61,279 bases of DNA from a virus (lineage: Duplodnaviria > Caudoviricetes), in the IMG/VR virus record IMGVR_UViG_3300006925_000018, positions 1 to 61,279 of that record; one strand, 5' to 3'. The notes below the pieces were generated by a model. That model had not been told where the DNA came from, searched no databases, and was given only the letters and a program-made list of their open reading frames with translations. The position numbers and the translations under genes were made by a program. Below, piece after piece: positions 1 through 9,215 of this stretch (position 1 is the stretch's first letter; every line of letters begins with the position of its first letter).

Positions 1-606
1 CAAACTGAAGATTCATATCTAGCAGTATTTGACATGCTCACACTTGAAGAGTTTAACGCAGGTGGAACAGAGCATGGTGCTATGTTTAGACGCCAACGTA
101 TACTAGACATTAGCAGTAACTTTAACAGCAGAATACAGTTAGTTGATGCAACAGTTGTAGACTTAGACACAGACGAAGGGCAGGTACAGTTCAAAGATAT
201 GAACAAACTTGCGTTAGCCGAAGGCTATGAGGGTCTAATGATAAAGCCTATCAATGATCCGTACAAGTGCAAACGTTCACATGCTTGGTTAAAGATCAAG
301 CCGTTCATTGAGGTAACACTTGAAGTAGTAGGCGTTGAAGAAGGCACAGGCAAAAACGAAGGCATGTTAGGTGCTCTTGTTGTTGCTGGTAATGACGATG
401 GCAAAGACTTTCATCTAAATGTTGGTAGTGGCTTAACTGATGACATGCGTAAAGATGTATGGGCAGTTAAAGATGCTGTAATCGGACAGTTAGTTGAGAT
501 TAGAGCTGATGCGGCAACACAAAGTCAAGACGCTGATGACATTTGGAGCCTTAGGTTCCCAAGGTTTAAGACCTTTAGAGGATTTGAACTAGGAGAAAAG
601 TTGTAA
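1..606 (+). CDS. ATP-dependent DNA ligase, C-terminal part (5'-truncated by window)
   Basis: Frame open from base 1; motifs AVFD, YEGLMIK, KRSHAWLKIK, C-terminal SLRFPRF. Confidence 0.93.
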   Translation, partial: QTEDSYLAVFDMLTLEEFNAGGTEHGAMFRRQRILDISSNFNSRIQLVDATVVDLDTDEGQVQFKDMNKLALAEGYEGLMIKPINDPYKCKRSHAWLKIKPFIEVTLEVVGVEEGTGKNEGMLGALVVAGNDDGKDFHLNVGSGLTDDMRKDVWAVKDAVIGQLVEIRADAATQSQDADDIWSLRFPRFKTFRGFELGEKL

Positions 607-908
607 TGGCTTGGCAGAAAGATTTTTTAGTTGAGGAGAAACCTCATATGGATGGTACTTGGGGAGGAACCCACAGAGTCTATGCTTTCCCTAACGGCTA
701 TGGAGCAAGTGTTATACCAGAGTATAAAGATATAACAACCAGAGACGGTAGGTTTCGTAGAACGCCTATCAAGGGTAGTTGGGAAGTAGCAGTTCTATTT
801 GAAGACGAACTTTGTTATACAACACCTCTTACTAGTGATGTTATTCGCAGACTCAATGACCCACAAGTAGATGATATCCTGATTAAAATACGCAATCTAA
901 ATAGTTAG
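606..908 (+). CDS. Hypothetical phage protein
   Basis: TAATG-coupled to ligase; FPNGYGASV segment. Confidence 0.75.
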   Translation: MAWQKDFLVEEKPHMDGTWGGTHRVYAFPNGYGASVIPEYKDITTRDGRFRRTPIKGSWEVAVLFEDELCYTTPLTSDVIRRLNDPQVDDILIKIRNLNS

Positions 909-920
909 GTAAATATGGGT

Positions 921-2057
921 ATGGACCAAAAAATACTCGATATTCTCGGCAGAGAAAAAAACAGACAAGATAATTCAATAGAACTCATAGCAAGTGAAAA
1001 CTATGCCAGTGAGGCAGTGATGGAACTAAGCGGAAGTATATTTACAAATAAGTATGCTGAAGGTTATCCAGGAAAACGTTACTATAATGGTTGCGACCAC
1101 ATGGACGAAATTGAGTCTATGGCTATAGAAGAAGTTACTAAACTGTTTGGTTGTAACTTTGCTAATGTACAACCACATTGCGGAGCAAATGCCAATACGG
1201 CAGTTTACCAAGCATTCTTAGAACCAGGTGATAAGATACTAGGCATGGACTTAGCAAGTGGTGGACATTTGAGCCACGGGTCACCACCTAACATTTCAGG
1301 TAAAATTTACCAAGCATATCATTATGGCGTAGATGCCGAAGGGTTATTAGATTACGATGCTATAATGGACCAAGCAAAAGAAGTACGACCACAGATGATT
1401 GTTGCTGGTGCTAGTGCATACCCAAGACAAATAGATTGGGCAAAGTTTAGAATTATAGCAGATGAAGTAAATGCTTTACTTCTAGTTGATATGGCACACT
1501 ACAGCGGTCTTATAGCAGGTAAATGCTACGATAGTCCTATTCAGTATGCTGATGTAGTAACAAGTACAACACACAAGACGCTACGCGGTCCTAGGGGCGG
1601 TATTATACTGTGGAACAAAGAAGAATACAGTAGACGTATTAATAGTGCAATCTTCCCAGGCACACAAGGTGGCCCATTAATGAATATGATTGCCGCTAAA
1701 GCACAATGTTTTGTTGAAGCAAATTCTTCTGCATTTGGCATGTATGCAAATGATGTATTAGTAAATGCTAGAGCATTTGCAGAACAACTTACAGCAAATG
1801 GATTTGAATGCTTGACAGGAGGCACAGATTCGCATATAATATTACTTGACTTAACAAACAGAGGAATGAGCGGTAAGTCCGCGGCAAACTTATTAGAGAT
1901 GAATGGTATAACAGTTAACAAAAATGGTATACCAAACGACCCTAGGAGTTTTACAGAAACAAGTGGTATCAGGTTAGGTACTGCGGCTGAAACAACTAAA
2001 GGCCACGACACTCAATGGTTTAGAAATTTAGCAGATGAGATTGCTGATATTATATAA
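921..2057 (+). CDS. glyA: Serine hydroxymethyltransferase (start probably 921; track gives 915)
   Basis: ELIASEN, NKYAEGYPGKRYY, GGHLSHG, TTHKTLRGPRGG (PLP lysine), SGIRLGT. Confidence 0.97.
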   Translation: MDQKILDILGREKNRQDNSIELIASENYASEAVMELSGSIFTNKYAEGYPGKRYYNGCDHMDEIESMAIEEVTKLFGCNFANVQPHCGANANTAVYQAFLEPGDKILGMDLASGGHLSHGSPPNISGKIYQAYHYGVDAEGLLDYDAIMDQAKEVRPQMIVAGASAYPRQIDWAKFRIIADEVNALLLVDMAHYSGLIAGKCYDSPIQYADVVTSTTHKTLRGPRGGIILWNKEEYSRRINSAIFPGTQGGPLMNMIAAKAQCFVEANSSAFGMYANDVLVNARAFAEQLTANGFECLTGGTDSHIILLDLTNRGMSGKSAANLLEMNGITVNKNGIPNDPRSFTETSGIRLGTAAETTKGHDTQWFRNLADEIADII

Positions 2058-2308
2058 TGAAAAAGAAAGAAGAAATGTTAGTAATCACAATGGAAGAATG
2101 TGGTGAACTAATACAAGCATGTAGCAAGATGATACGTTTTGATGAGCCATGCGACACAAAGCAGTTACAAGAAGAAATAGGTGACGTTATGTGTATGATA
2201 GAAATACTTAAAGATGGCGGGCTCGTAACAGATGAACAAATACAAAAACGTGTAGCAGTTAAAAAAGAAAAACTAATGAAGTGGAGTTTATTGTTTAGTG
2301 AAGATTGA
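2057..2308 (+). CDS. MazG-like NTP pyrophosphohydrolase
   Basis: EECGEL...EEIGDV acidic helical motifs. Confidence 0.8.
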   Translation: MKKKEEMLVITMEECGELIQACSKMIRFDEPCDTKQLQEEIGDVMCMIEILKDGGLVTDEQIQKRVAVKKEKLMKWSLLFSED

Positions 2309-2867
2309 TTTTGATGTAGATATCGATATGGCTAATAGAGATGATCTATTGCGTCTCATTAATCATACACCTGCAAGTATTTGTAAAGATGGCAATTACA
2401 ATAAGCACAACACAGGTGTATATTTACAAAACATTCCTTTCTTTCCAGTAGAAGGTTTTAGTACAATAGATCACAAACAAGCAGAAGAGGACGGATGGTT
2501 TAAATTAGACGTACTCAATAACAGCATATATAAAGATGTTAAAGATGAAGCACACTTAGATAGACTGTTAGCAACAGAGCCTATGTGGGAATTGTTTGAA
2601 CACGAAGAAGTTGTAGAAAAATTATTCCACATTAATAATCATTATGATATTGTTAAACAGCATTTGCCTACAAGTGTTGAACAACTAGCAATGATTCTTG
2701 CACTGATAAGACCGGGTAAAAGATACTTGGTTGGTAAAAGTTGGGAAGAAATAGAAGCAAGTGTTTGGACTAAAACACAAAATGATACTTATTTCTTTAA
2801 AAAGTCTCACTCATATTCTTATGCTGTGGCAATTATTGTGCAACTTAATTTGTTGTGTGAAGGTTAG
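2298..2867 (+). CDS. Miniature DNA polymerase III alpha (DnaE)-like protein
   Basis: FDVDID, KHNTG, FKLDVL, ALIRPG, FKKSHSYSY follow DnaE motif order. Confidence 0.8.
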   Translation: MKIDFDVDIDMANRDDLLRLINHTPASICKDGNYNKHNTGVYLQNIPFFPVEGFSTIDHKQAEEDGWFKLDVLNNSIYKDVKDEAHLDRLLATEPMWELFEHEEVVEKLFHINNHYDIVKQHLPTSVEQLAMILALIRPGKRYLVGKSWEEIEASVWTKTQNDTYFFKKSHSYSYAVAIIVQLNLLCEG

Positions 2868-3230
2868 TTAGTCTGTCTTTCTAACTAGTTGAATAGAACG
2901 TCTCTTAACTCTTTTCTTAATTAAATTCTGTAGACTAGTAACAGGTCCGAACAAAATTTCTACGTCTTTCATTGCAAAAGTTTTTAAGAAAGGATAAAAC
3001 GGTTTCATCTCATGATGTAAAAACACATCGATAGGTAGCATACGATTAGATTCCCACCACCAAATATTGCCAAGTTCTAAAAACTCACGTTTTAAATCTT
3101 TACTTCCGATCATATCGGCATCATAAAATGTAAGTATCTGGTTATCAGTGTTTACCACTATTCCAACATACTCGTTGCCAGCATATTTAATGCCTGTTAA
3201 AAATTCGATTTCGGTAGTTATTTCTGTCAT
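2868..3230 (-). CDS. Hypothetical protein
   Basis: 120-aa ORF with upstream GGTAAATA motif on the minus strand. Confidence 0.8.
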   Translation of the reverse strand: MTEITTEIEFLTGIKYAGNEYVGIVVNTDNQILTFYDADMIGSKDLKREFLELGNIWWWESNRMLPIDVFLHHEMKPFYPFLKTFAMKDVEILFGPVTSLQNLIKKRVKRRSIQLVRKTD

Positions 3231-3271
3231 GCAACTGTATTTACCAAATACAAAAACAGATAAATACAGTT

Positions 3272-4090
3272 ATGAGCAACTTTACAGCAAAATTGTATTC
3301 TTTTGACACTATAGTGGATTTAGTGGCAACAGATACACAAATTATTTTGGATAACAGACCTATGAACAATAGAAAATTAAAAGTCCATAAGGGTGTTAAC
3401 AACGAATTACTTTTTAGCATCACAAATAAGGACAGAAAAAAAACAAACGTTTTTGCAGACAACTTGTATGCATATATCGTCGCACCAACAAACAAAGGAA
3501 GGCTAGTCACTAAGCAATTAGTACATACGTCAGATGTTGGTGTTGTAAAACTAGTATTAACAGACGGTGATCTACAGAATGTTAAGAAAGGGTTATATCA
3601 TATGCACATTGTTAAGAATGATCAAAACGACCAAACCTACCTACCTTTGTACAGTGATCAACAAGGCAATGCTAGAATTGAAATAGAAGTAACAGACCAA
3701 GTAGTTCAAGATCCAGTTGCAACGCAAGAAGACCTTACATTCTTACAAACTGCAGATACTGATACTGGTGCTGATGCAAATGTTTATGTTTCTAATGCTA
3801 TGTATGGTAACCTAGAAAAGAATTTTCAAAATTGTCAGCATACTGTAGCAGTATATCCTGCGTCTGCATACACAGGACAAGTAACAGTCCAGGCAAGCCT
3901 AATTGCAGGTGTACCAAATTCGGATGATACAAGCAACGATTGGTTTGATGTAAAACATATTGATATGACTGCAAACACAAAAATTAGAACTGAAACTTTT
4001 ACTGTCAGTGCTAATTGGATTAGAGTAGTTAGTAAGCCAACTGTGAGTGATACAACTGCTAATTTAACTAAAGTTTTATTAAGAAACTAG
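3272..4090 (+). CDS. Probable virion structural protein (beta-rich)
   Basis: GATAAATA at 3259-3266; T/V/N/D-rich composition. Confidence 0.55.
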   Translation: MSNFTAKLYSFDTIVDLVATDTQIILDNRPMNNRKLKVHKGVNNELLFSITNKDRKKTNVFADNLYAYIVAPTNKGRLVTKQLVHTSDVGVVKLVLTDGDLQNVKKGLYHMHIVKNDQNDQTYLPLYSDQQGNARIEIEVTDQVVQDPVATQEDLTFLQTADTDTGADANVYVSNAMYGNLEKNFQNCQHTVAVYPASAYTGQVTVQASLIAGVPNSDDTSNDWFDVKHIDMTANTKIRTETFTVSANWIRVVSKPTVSDTTANLTKVLLRN

Positions 4091-4118
4091 TTGACATTTA
4101 CATTAACTATGCTATAAT
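4091..4118 (+). promoter_or_regulatory. Sigma70-type promoter upstream of primase
   Basis: TTGACA-N16-TATAAT with TGn extension; ATG 5 nt downstream. Confidence 0.8.
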
Positions 4119-4123
4119 AACGC

Positions 4124-5098
4124 ATGGTCGAACACATTGTAGAATCTGTACATAGGTTATTATTAGATAACTTACCCGTTAGAACGAATACTACTCCAAG
4201 TGGTTGGAGGACGTTTGATTGTCCTATGTGTTCTGATACAAGAAAACGTGCAGGTATTATTACTGGCGGTCCTAAAATAAGTTATCATTGTTTCAATTGT
4301 AGTTATACTACAGGCTGGAGCCCTACTCCTCACTTAGGAAGAAAGTACAGAGAACTAGCAGACAGGTTAGGTGCAGATTCTAAGACAATACATGACGTAC
4401 AGATATCGCTTATGCAGAATAGCGAACTTTTACAAGACACTGACACAAACGATTATGTCTATAACTTCAAAGCATTTGAAACAATTGAACTTCCAGAAAA
4501 CACAGAAATGGTCGAATCATTACCTGACGGCAATCCGTTGAAAGAGTATGCCAGAGACAGAGGCATACTAGGTATGTATCCGCTACTGCATATAAATGAC
4601 TTACCAAACAGAAAGAGAATAGTTGTTCCGTTTACATATAACAGCGAACTAATAGGTTGGACAGCAAGACATATTGCACCACCAGATAAAGAGACACCTA
4701 AGTACTTACATAATATGCCAAGTGGATATGTGTTTAACATTGATGCATTTGCAAACAACGATAGAGAGATTGTTATTGTTACTGAAGGAGTGTTTGATGC
4801 TATTATGATTGATGGCATTGCTGTACAAGGCAATCATGTAACACCAGAACAAGCACACTTAATTGACAAGTTAGGAAAACGTGTTATAGTATGTCCTGAT
4901 AAAGATGAAGCAGGTATTGAGTTAGTAGAACAGGCAGTTGTTTTAGGTTGGGAAGTAAGTTTTCCAGACTGGCACACAGACTGTAAAGATGCCGCAGATG
5001 CTGTACTTAGGTATGGTAGACTTGCAACAATAAACAGCATTATAAAAAATGCAACAAGTAACAAGATCAAGATTCAAGTAAAATCTAAGATGTTTTAA
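4124..5098 (+). CDS. DNA primase (Zn finger + TOPRIM)
   Basis: CPMC...HCFNC; TEGVFDA; CPDKD; KDAAD. Confidence 0.92.
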   Translation: MVEHIVESVHRLLLDNLPVRTNTTPSGWRTFDCPMCSDTRKRAGIITGGPKISYHCFNCSYTTGWSPTPHLGRKYRELADRLGADSKTIHDVQISLMQNSELLQDTDTNDYVYNFKAFETIELPENTEMVESLPDGNPLKEYARDRGILGMYPLLHINDLPNRKRIVVPFTYNSELIGWTARHIAPPDKETPKYLHNMPSGYVFNIDAFANNDREIVIVTEGVFDAIMIDGIAVQGNHVTPEQAHLIDKLGKRVIVCPDKDEAGIELVEQAVVLGWEVSFPDWHTDCKDAADAVLRYGRLATINSIIKNATSNKIKIQVKSKMF

Positions 5099-5127
5099 CT
5101 AAGTAACTTAAAAGGAAAGTAATAAAT

Positions 5128-5835
5128 ATGGCACAAAATTTATATGTTGATGGTACAGAGATGACACGAGGAGAGTTTTCTTGGGCAAATGTAGTAGCAA
5201 CAAGTTTTGATGGTTTCCACAATATGGCTGAGCCATATAATAGTTCCGAAAGAATATTACAATCCTTTTTTAATTTTATCAATGAAATAGGTGCTTTTGA
5301 TGAAGAAGAATTTGTGAGAGATGTTAGAAACAATGTATTCATTATAGAATTTCCTAATCCTTATAATCAAACACTTTGGATTCCAGAGTACGGCACACAT
5401 GTAAATGTATGCGGTGATACTGGTAATCAATGGATAGCAGATGAGGAACTAAGGGCAAATCCTACAGAACATTTTTTAGAACTAGTAAAACGTCAACATT
5501 TAAAATTAAATGCATGGACAGATTTACGTGGAGATACTGAAGTATATAACGATCAAGCAAAAGCAATTAACACAATAGCATTGTTTACTAGAGCATATCA
5601 TTGTGTTGCTAGAATAATTGTTAGAGAAACATCACACTTGCCAGATGGTGATGTGTTAAGAAGTGTGTATCACCCATATATGACAACAAAGACACATTGG
5701 TATTTGAATATGCCGTCTAGTGTGTTATCTGAACATCATATGAGTGGAACATCGCCTACAGAAGAAGGACAAAAAGTATTTGGTAGGAATGTTGCTAAAC
5801 GTTTAACCAGAGAAAACATTGTGGCTAAAAAATGA
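5128..5835 (+). CDS. Hypothetical protein, possibly degenerate SGNH-like fold
   Basis: LYVDGTEMTRG and SPTEEGQK loosely resemble SGNH blocks I and V; catalytic residues missing. Confidence 0.45.
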   Translation: MAQNLYVDGTEMTRGEFSWANVVATSFDGFHNMAEPYNSSERILQSFFNFINEIGAFDEEEFVRDVRNNVFIIEFPNPYNQTLWIPEYGTHVNVCGDTGNQWIADEELRANPTEHFLELVKRQHLKLNAWTDLRGDTEVYNDQAKAINTIALFTRAYHCVARIIVRETSHLPDGDVLRSVYHPYMTTKTHWYLNMPSSVLSEHHMSGTSPTEEGQKVFGRNVAKRLTRENIVAKK

Positions 5836-7211
5836 GTGAAATAAAAGAATACAACGAAGATATACAAAGACTGTTTATACAGTTTTTAATCAGTGATCAT
5901 GATCTATTTGCAAGATGTCAAAACATTGTAAATGCAGATGCATTCAGTAGAAAGTTTAGACCTACTGTTGATTTGCTGATATCTCATAGCAAAGATTATA
6001 ATTCTATGCCTAACCTTGAGCAAATAAATGCAGTAGGTGGTATAGGATTTGAAGAAATACAAAACATAACACCAGAGCATCAAACTTGGTTTATGGATGA
6101 GTTTGAAACTTTTTGCAGACACAAAGCAATGGAAACTGCAATCATTGAAAGCACGGACTTATTAGAGAAACAGGACTATGGAACTGTTGAACAAAAAATT
6201 AGAGGTGCAATGGAAGTAAGTCTTGTTAAAGACTTAGGACTAGACTACTTTGAAAATCCAAAAGAAAGATTAGAATGGATCAAGAAACAAAGTGGTGCAG
6301 TTAGCACAGGTTGGAAAGGAATAGATCAAAAGTTATATGGCGGACTAAACAGAGGAGAGATAACAATCTTTGCTGGTGGTTCAGGTGCTGGTAAGAGTTT
6401 GTTCTTACAAAACTTTGGTGTAAACTGGAGTTTAGCAGGACTTAATGTTGTATATGTTAGTTTAGAACTTAGTGAACAGTTAATTAGTATGCGTTTAGAT
6501 GGCATGGTTAGTGAATATGCCGCTAAAGATATTATGAAAAATATTGACGACGTAGATTTAAAAGTGCGTATGAAAGGCAAAAAAGCAGGTAAGTTTAGAG
6601 TTAAGTATATGAGTAGTGGTATTACTACTAACGATCTTAGAGCATTTTTGCGAGAGTATGAGATACAATCGGGTGTTAAAGTAGACTGTTTATTGGTTGA
6701 CTACTTAGACTTAATGATGCCTATAAGCGGAAAGATTAGTGCAGAAAACACATTTATTAAAGATAAATTTGTATCTGAGGAGTTGCGTAACTTAGCACAA
6801 GAACGAGAGTTGCTAATGGTTACAGCATCGCAGTTAAACAGAAGTGCTGTAGAAGAAATAGAATTTGACCATCACCATATTGCAGGTGGTATCAGTAAAA
6901 TACAAACAGCAGATAATGTTGTGGGTATATTTACAAGTAATGCTATGCGAGAACGTGGCAGATATCAAATACAGTTTATGAAAACACGTTCTAGTAGTGG
7001 TGTTGGTAGTAAAGTAGACTTAAAATTTAATCCAGACACATTGCGTATCGAGGATTTAGACGAAGGCGACGAAGATACACTCACAATGACTACTAATACT
7101 TTAGTAGATCAACTCAAACGGACCAGCACAATTAACTCTGATGACTCGTCTGCACAGGATGTTGTAGAAGCAGGCCTACAGTTAAGAGACTTTCTGAAAA
7201 GTAAAAAGTGA
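5832..7211 (+). CDS. Replicative SF4 helicase (DnaB/T4 gp41-like)
   Basis: GGSGAGKS Walker A, SLELSE, VDYLDLM, TASQLNR, KTR. Confidence 0.95.
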   Translation: MSEIKEYNEDIQRLFIQFLISDHDLFARCQNIVNADAFSRKFRPTVDLLISHSKDYNSMPNLEQINAVGGIGFEEIQNITPEHQTWFMDEFETFCRHKAMETAIIESTDLLEKQDYGTVEQKIRGAMEVSLVKDLGLDYFENPKERLEWIKKQSGAVSTGWKGIDQKLYGGLNRGEITIFAGGSGAGKSLFLQNFGVNWSLAGLNVVYVSLELSEQLISMRLDGMVSEYAAKDIMKNIDDVDLKVRMKGKKAGKFRVKYMSSGITTNDLRAFLREYEIQSGVKVDCLLVDYLDLMMPISGKISAENTFIKDKFVSEELRNLAQERELLMVTASQLNRSAVEEIEFDHHHIAGGISKIQTADNVVGIFTSNAMRERGRYQIQFMKTRSSSGVGSKVDLKFNPDTLRIEDLDEGDEDTLTMTTNTLVDQLKRTSTINSDDSSAQDVVEAGLQLRDFLKSKK

Positions 7212-7244
7212 TAAATACTCATAGTAATATCACAAAGGAATGAC

Positions 7245-7532
7245 ATGCGTAAAACAAGAAGCATTTTAGAAGAATTAAATTCTATATCTGTTGACAGGTC
7301 AAAAGACTATGTTGTAGAGAATCGTGGCGAGCATGTTATTAATAGTGCAATTAACCTTATAGAGCAAATTGAAACCAATTATGATGACAAGATTGCTAAG
7401 GATTTAACTAATAGACTTATTAATAGTATTCGTAGTAAGGATACTAAAAAGTTTTCCCGTGGTATTAAAAAAGTTATAAAAGAATCTCAAGGGAAACATA
7501 ATGAAAATTTCGGAAGTAGTTCAACAGAATAA
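7245..7532 (+). CDS. Hypothetical late protein
   Basis: GATAAATA at 7210-7217; AAGGA RBS. Confidence 0.75.
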   Translation: MRKTRSILEELNSISVDRSKDYVVENRGEHVINSAINLIEQIETNYDDKIAKDLTNRLINSIRSKDTKKFSRGIKKVIKESQGKHNENFGSSSTE

Positions 7533-8334
7533 GATTGTTGCTGAAGCAGAGCCTAGAGAGCCAGGTTGGCTCGAAAGAGCAGGTGATGTATACCGAACCA
7601 TTGCAGGCGGTCAGTTCTTTGACAAAGTAAAAGCCACCCTTGGTGCAAACTTTGGTAATGAAAAAGCCAGATTAGAATACAACAACATAGTAATGAGCGG
7701 CGCATTAGTGCAAAGTTTTCTAGCAATTACTTCTGCAGGTGGTAATAAAAATCCAAATTCAGAAGACCTAGCACAGTTTTTAATTGATGCAGATATCAAT
7801 CCAGATGCTATACAGATGGCATTTCAAAAAGTTACTCCAGGCAAAGCACCAGACCCTGAACCTGAATCTTCTGCTAATTCAATGGACCCTAATATAGACT
7901 ACGATAAACCTGCATATCAAAGAAAAGCAGAAAAAGACAAAGAACAAGGGCAACAACCCGCTCCAGAGAGACCTAAGCAAAATCCTAGTTTTGACGGAGG
8001 AATTTTAGATGCAAACGGCAGGCTAATGCAACCTGAATCTGTAATTTACGAAGAAAACAAAGTTTTAAATAAAAAAGAAATATTAGGAATTGTTAAACAA
8101 GCAGTAACTAATGCTAGTGCTAAAGGAAGATTTAATAGCATAAGTATTCCTGCAAGTGCTAGAAATCCAGAACTTACAGCGAAACAGTTAGTACAGGCAG
8201 TCGCTAATGGCCAAAAACAAGATGCTACAGGTACTACAGGCCCAGGCGATGCTGAAGTTTATCAAGCAGTAAAAAATATAAAATCTATGAGTCCAGAACA
8301 AAGGGCTCAATTAACAAAAGAACTACAGGCTTAA
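7501..8334 (+). CDS. Putative internal head protein
   Basis: N-terminal MKISEV...IVAE/A tag. Confidence 0.55.
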   Translation: MKISEVVQQNKIVAEAEPREPGWLERAGDVYRTIAGGQFFDKVKATLGANFGNEKARLEYNNIVMSGALVQSFLAITSAGGNKNPNSEDLAQFLIDADINPDAIQMAFQKVTPGKAPDPEPESSANSMDPNIDYDKPAYQRKAEKDKEQGQQPAPERPKQNPSFDGGILDANGRLMQPESVIYEENKVLNKKEILGIVKQAVTNASAKGRFNSISIPASARNPELTAKQLVQAVANGQKQDATGTTGPGDAEVYQAVKNIKSMSPEQRAQLTKELQA

Positions 8335-8339
8335 ACACT

Positions 8340-9215
8340 ATGCGTTTAATGGAAGTCACTCAACAAAGGATTGACACTATCAATGAAAGTGGTAGTATGT
8401 CTGGCGTTGGTGCTATACATATCTCTGAAATAGAGCCTACATTAGATTATTTAGAAAAATCTTTGGGCATGGACTTAAAAAATAACGTACTAGGTTCCGT
8501 AGGTAAAAAAGAATTTTCAGGAGATATAGATGTTGCAATTGATGTCGAGCCTGAAGCAATGCCTGAACTATTAGACAAATTAAAAATAAATCCAGATATC
8601 ATAGACATTGCTAAAAGTAGTGTGATTATGACAAAGGTTAAAATTGCCAAGTTTGATGCAAACAAAACATGTGATAGAGCAAGGACAGGATATGTGCAAC
8701 TAGACTTTATGCCAGGGAATCCGGGTTGGATGAAAACATATTATCATTCTCCTGCAGACGGTGAAAGTCAATACAAGGGTGTGTTTAGAAACATTTTGTT
8801 AGCAGTCATATGTGCATTATATGATAGAAAAGATTCTGCAGAACAAACAGAAGATGGCAGAAGTTTACAATCAGAGCAATACTTATTTTCACCCACAAAA
8901 GGTTTAGTCAGAGTTAGAAGAAATCCTGTGCCTAAAAAGAACGGCGAAGGTTACACTAAACAAAATAACAATGTTATTATAGACGGTCCTTGGTTAACAC
9001 CAGATGAAATAGTAAAGGTATTAGGACTTGATAAGAAAGAAGATTTAAACAGTTACGAAAGTTTAAAAAGTGCAATAGAACAAAACTATCCAGCAGAACT
9101 CACAGCAAAGATACTAGACAGTTTTGCTAACAACAAGCAAGTACAAGACATCGGTGTTCCATCAGATTTACAAATACAAGAAGATGTATTAATGTACATG
9201 AGGAAACTGTCGTGA
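8340..9215 (+). CDS. Pol-beta/PolX-superfamily nucleotidyltransferase
   Basis: LGSVGKKEFSGDIDV (hGS..DhD) plus third Asp in VQLDF; MRLMEV...INE/S tag. Confidence 0.8.
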   Translation: MRLMEVTQQRIDTINESGSMSGVGAIHISEIEPTLDYLEKSLGMDLKNNVLGSVGKKEFSGDIDVAIDVEPEAMPELLDKLKINPDIIDIAKSSVIMTKVKIAKFDANKTCDRARTGYVQLDFMPGNPGWMKTYYHSPADGESQYKGVFRNILLAVICALYDRKDSAEQTEDGRSLQSEQYLFSPTKGLVRVRRNPVPKKNGEGYTKQNNNVIIDGPWLTPDEIVKVLGLDKKEDLNSYESLKSAIEQNYPAELTAKILDSFANNKQVQDIGVPSDLQIQEDVLMYMRKLS

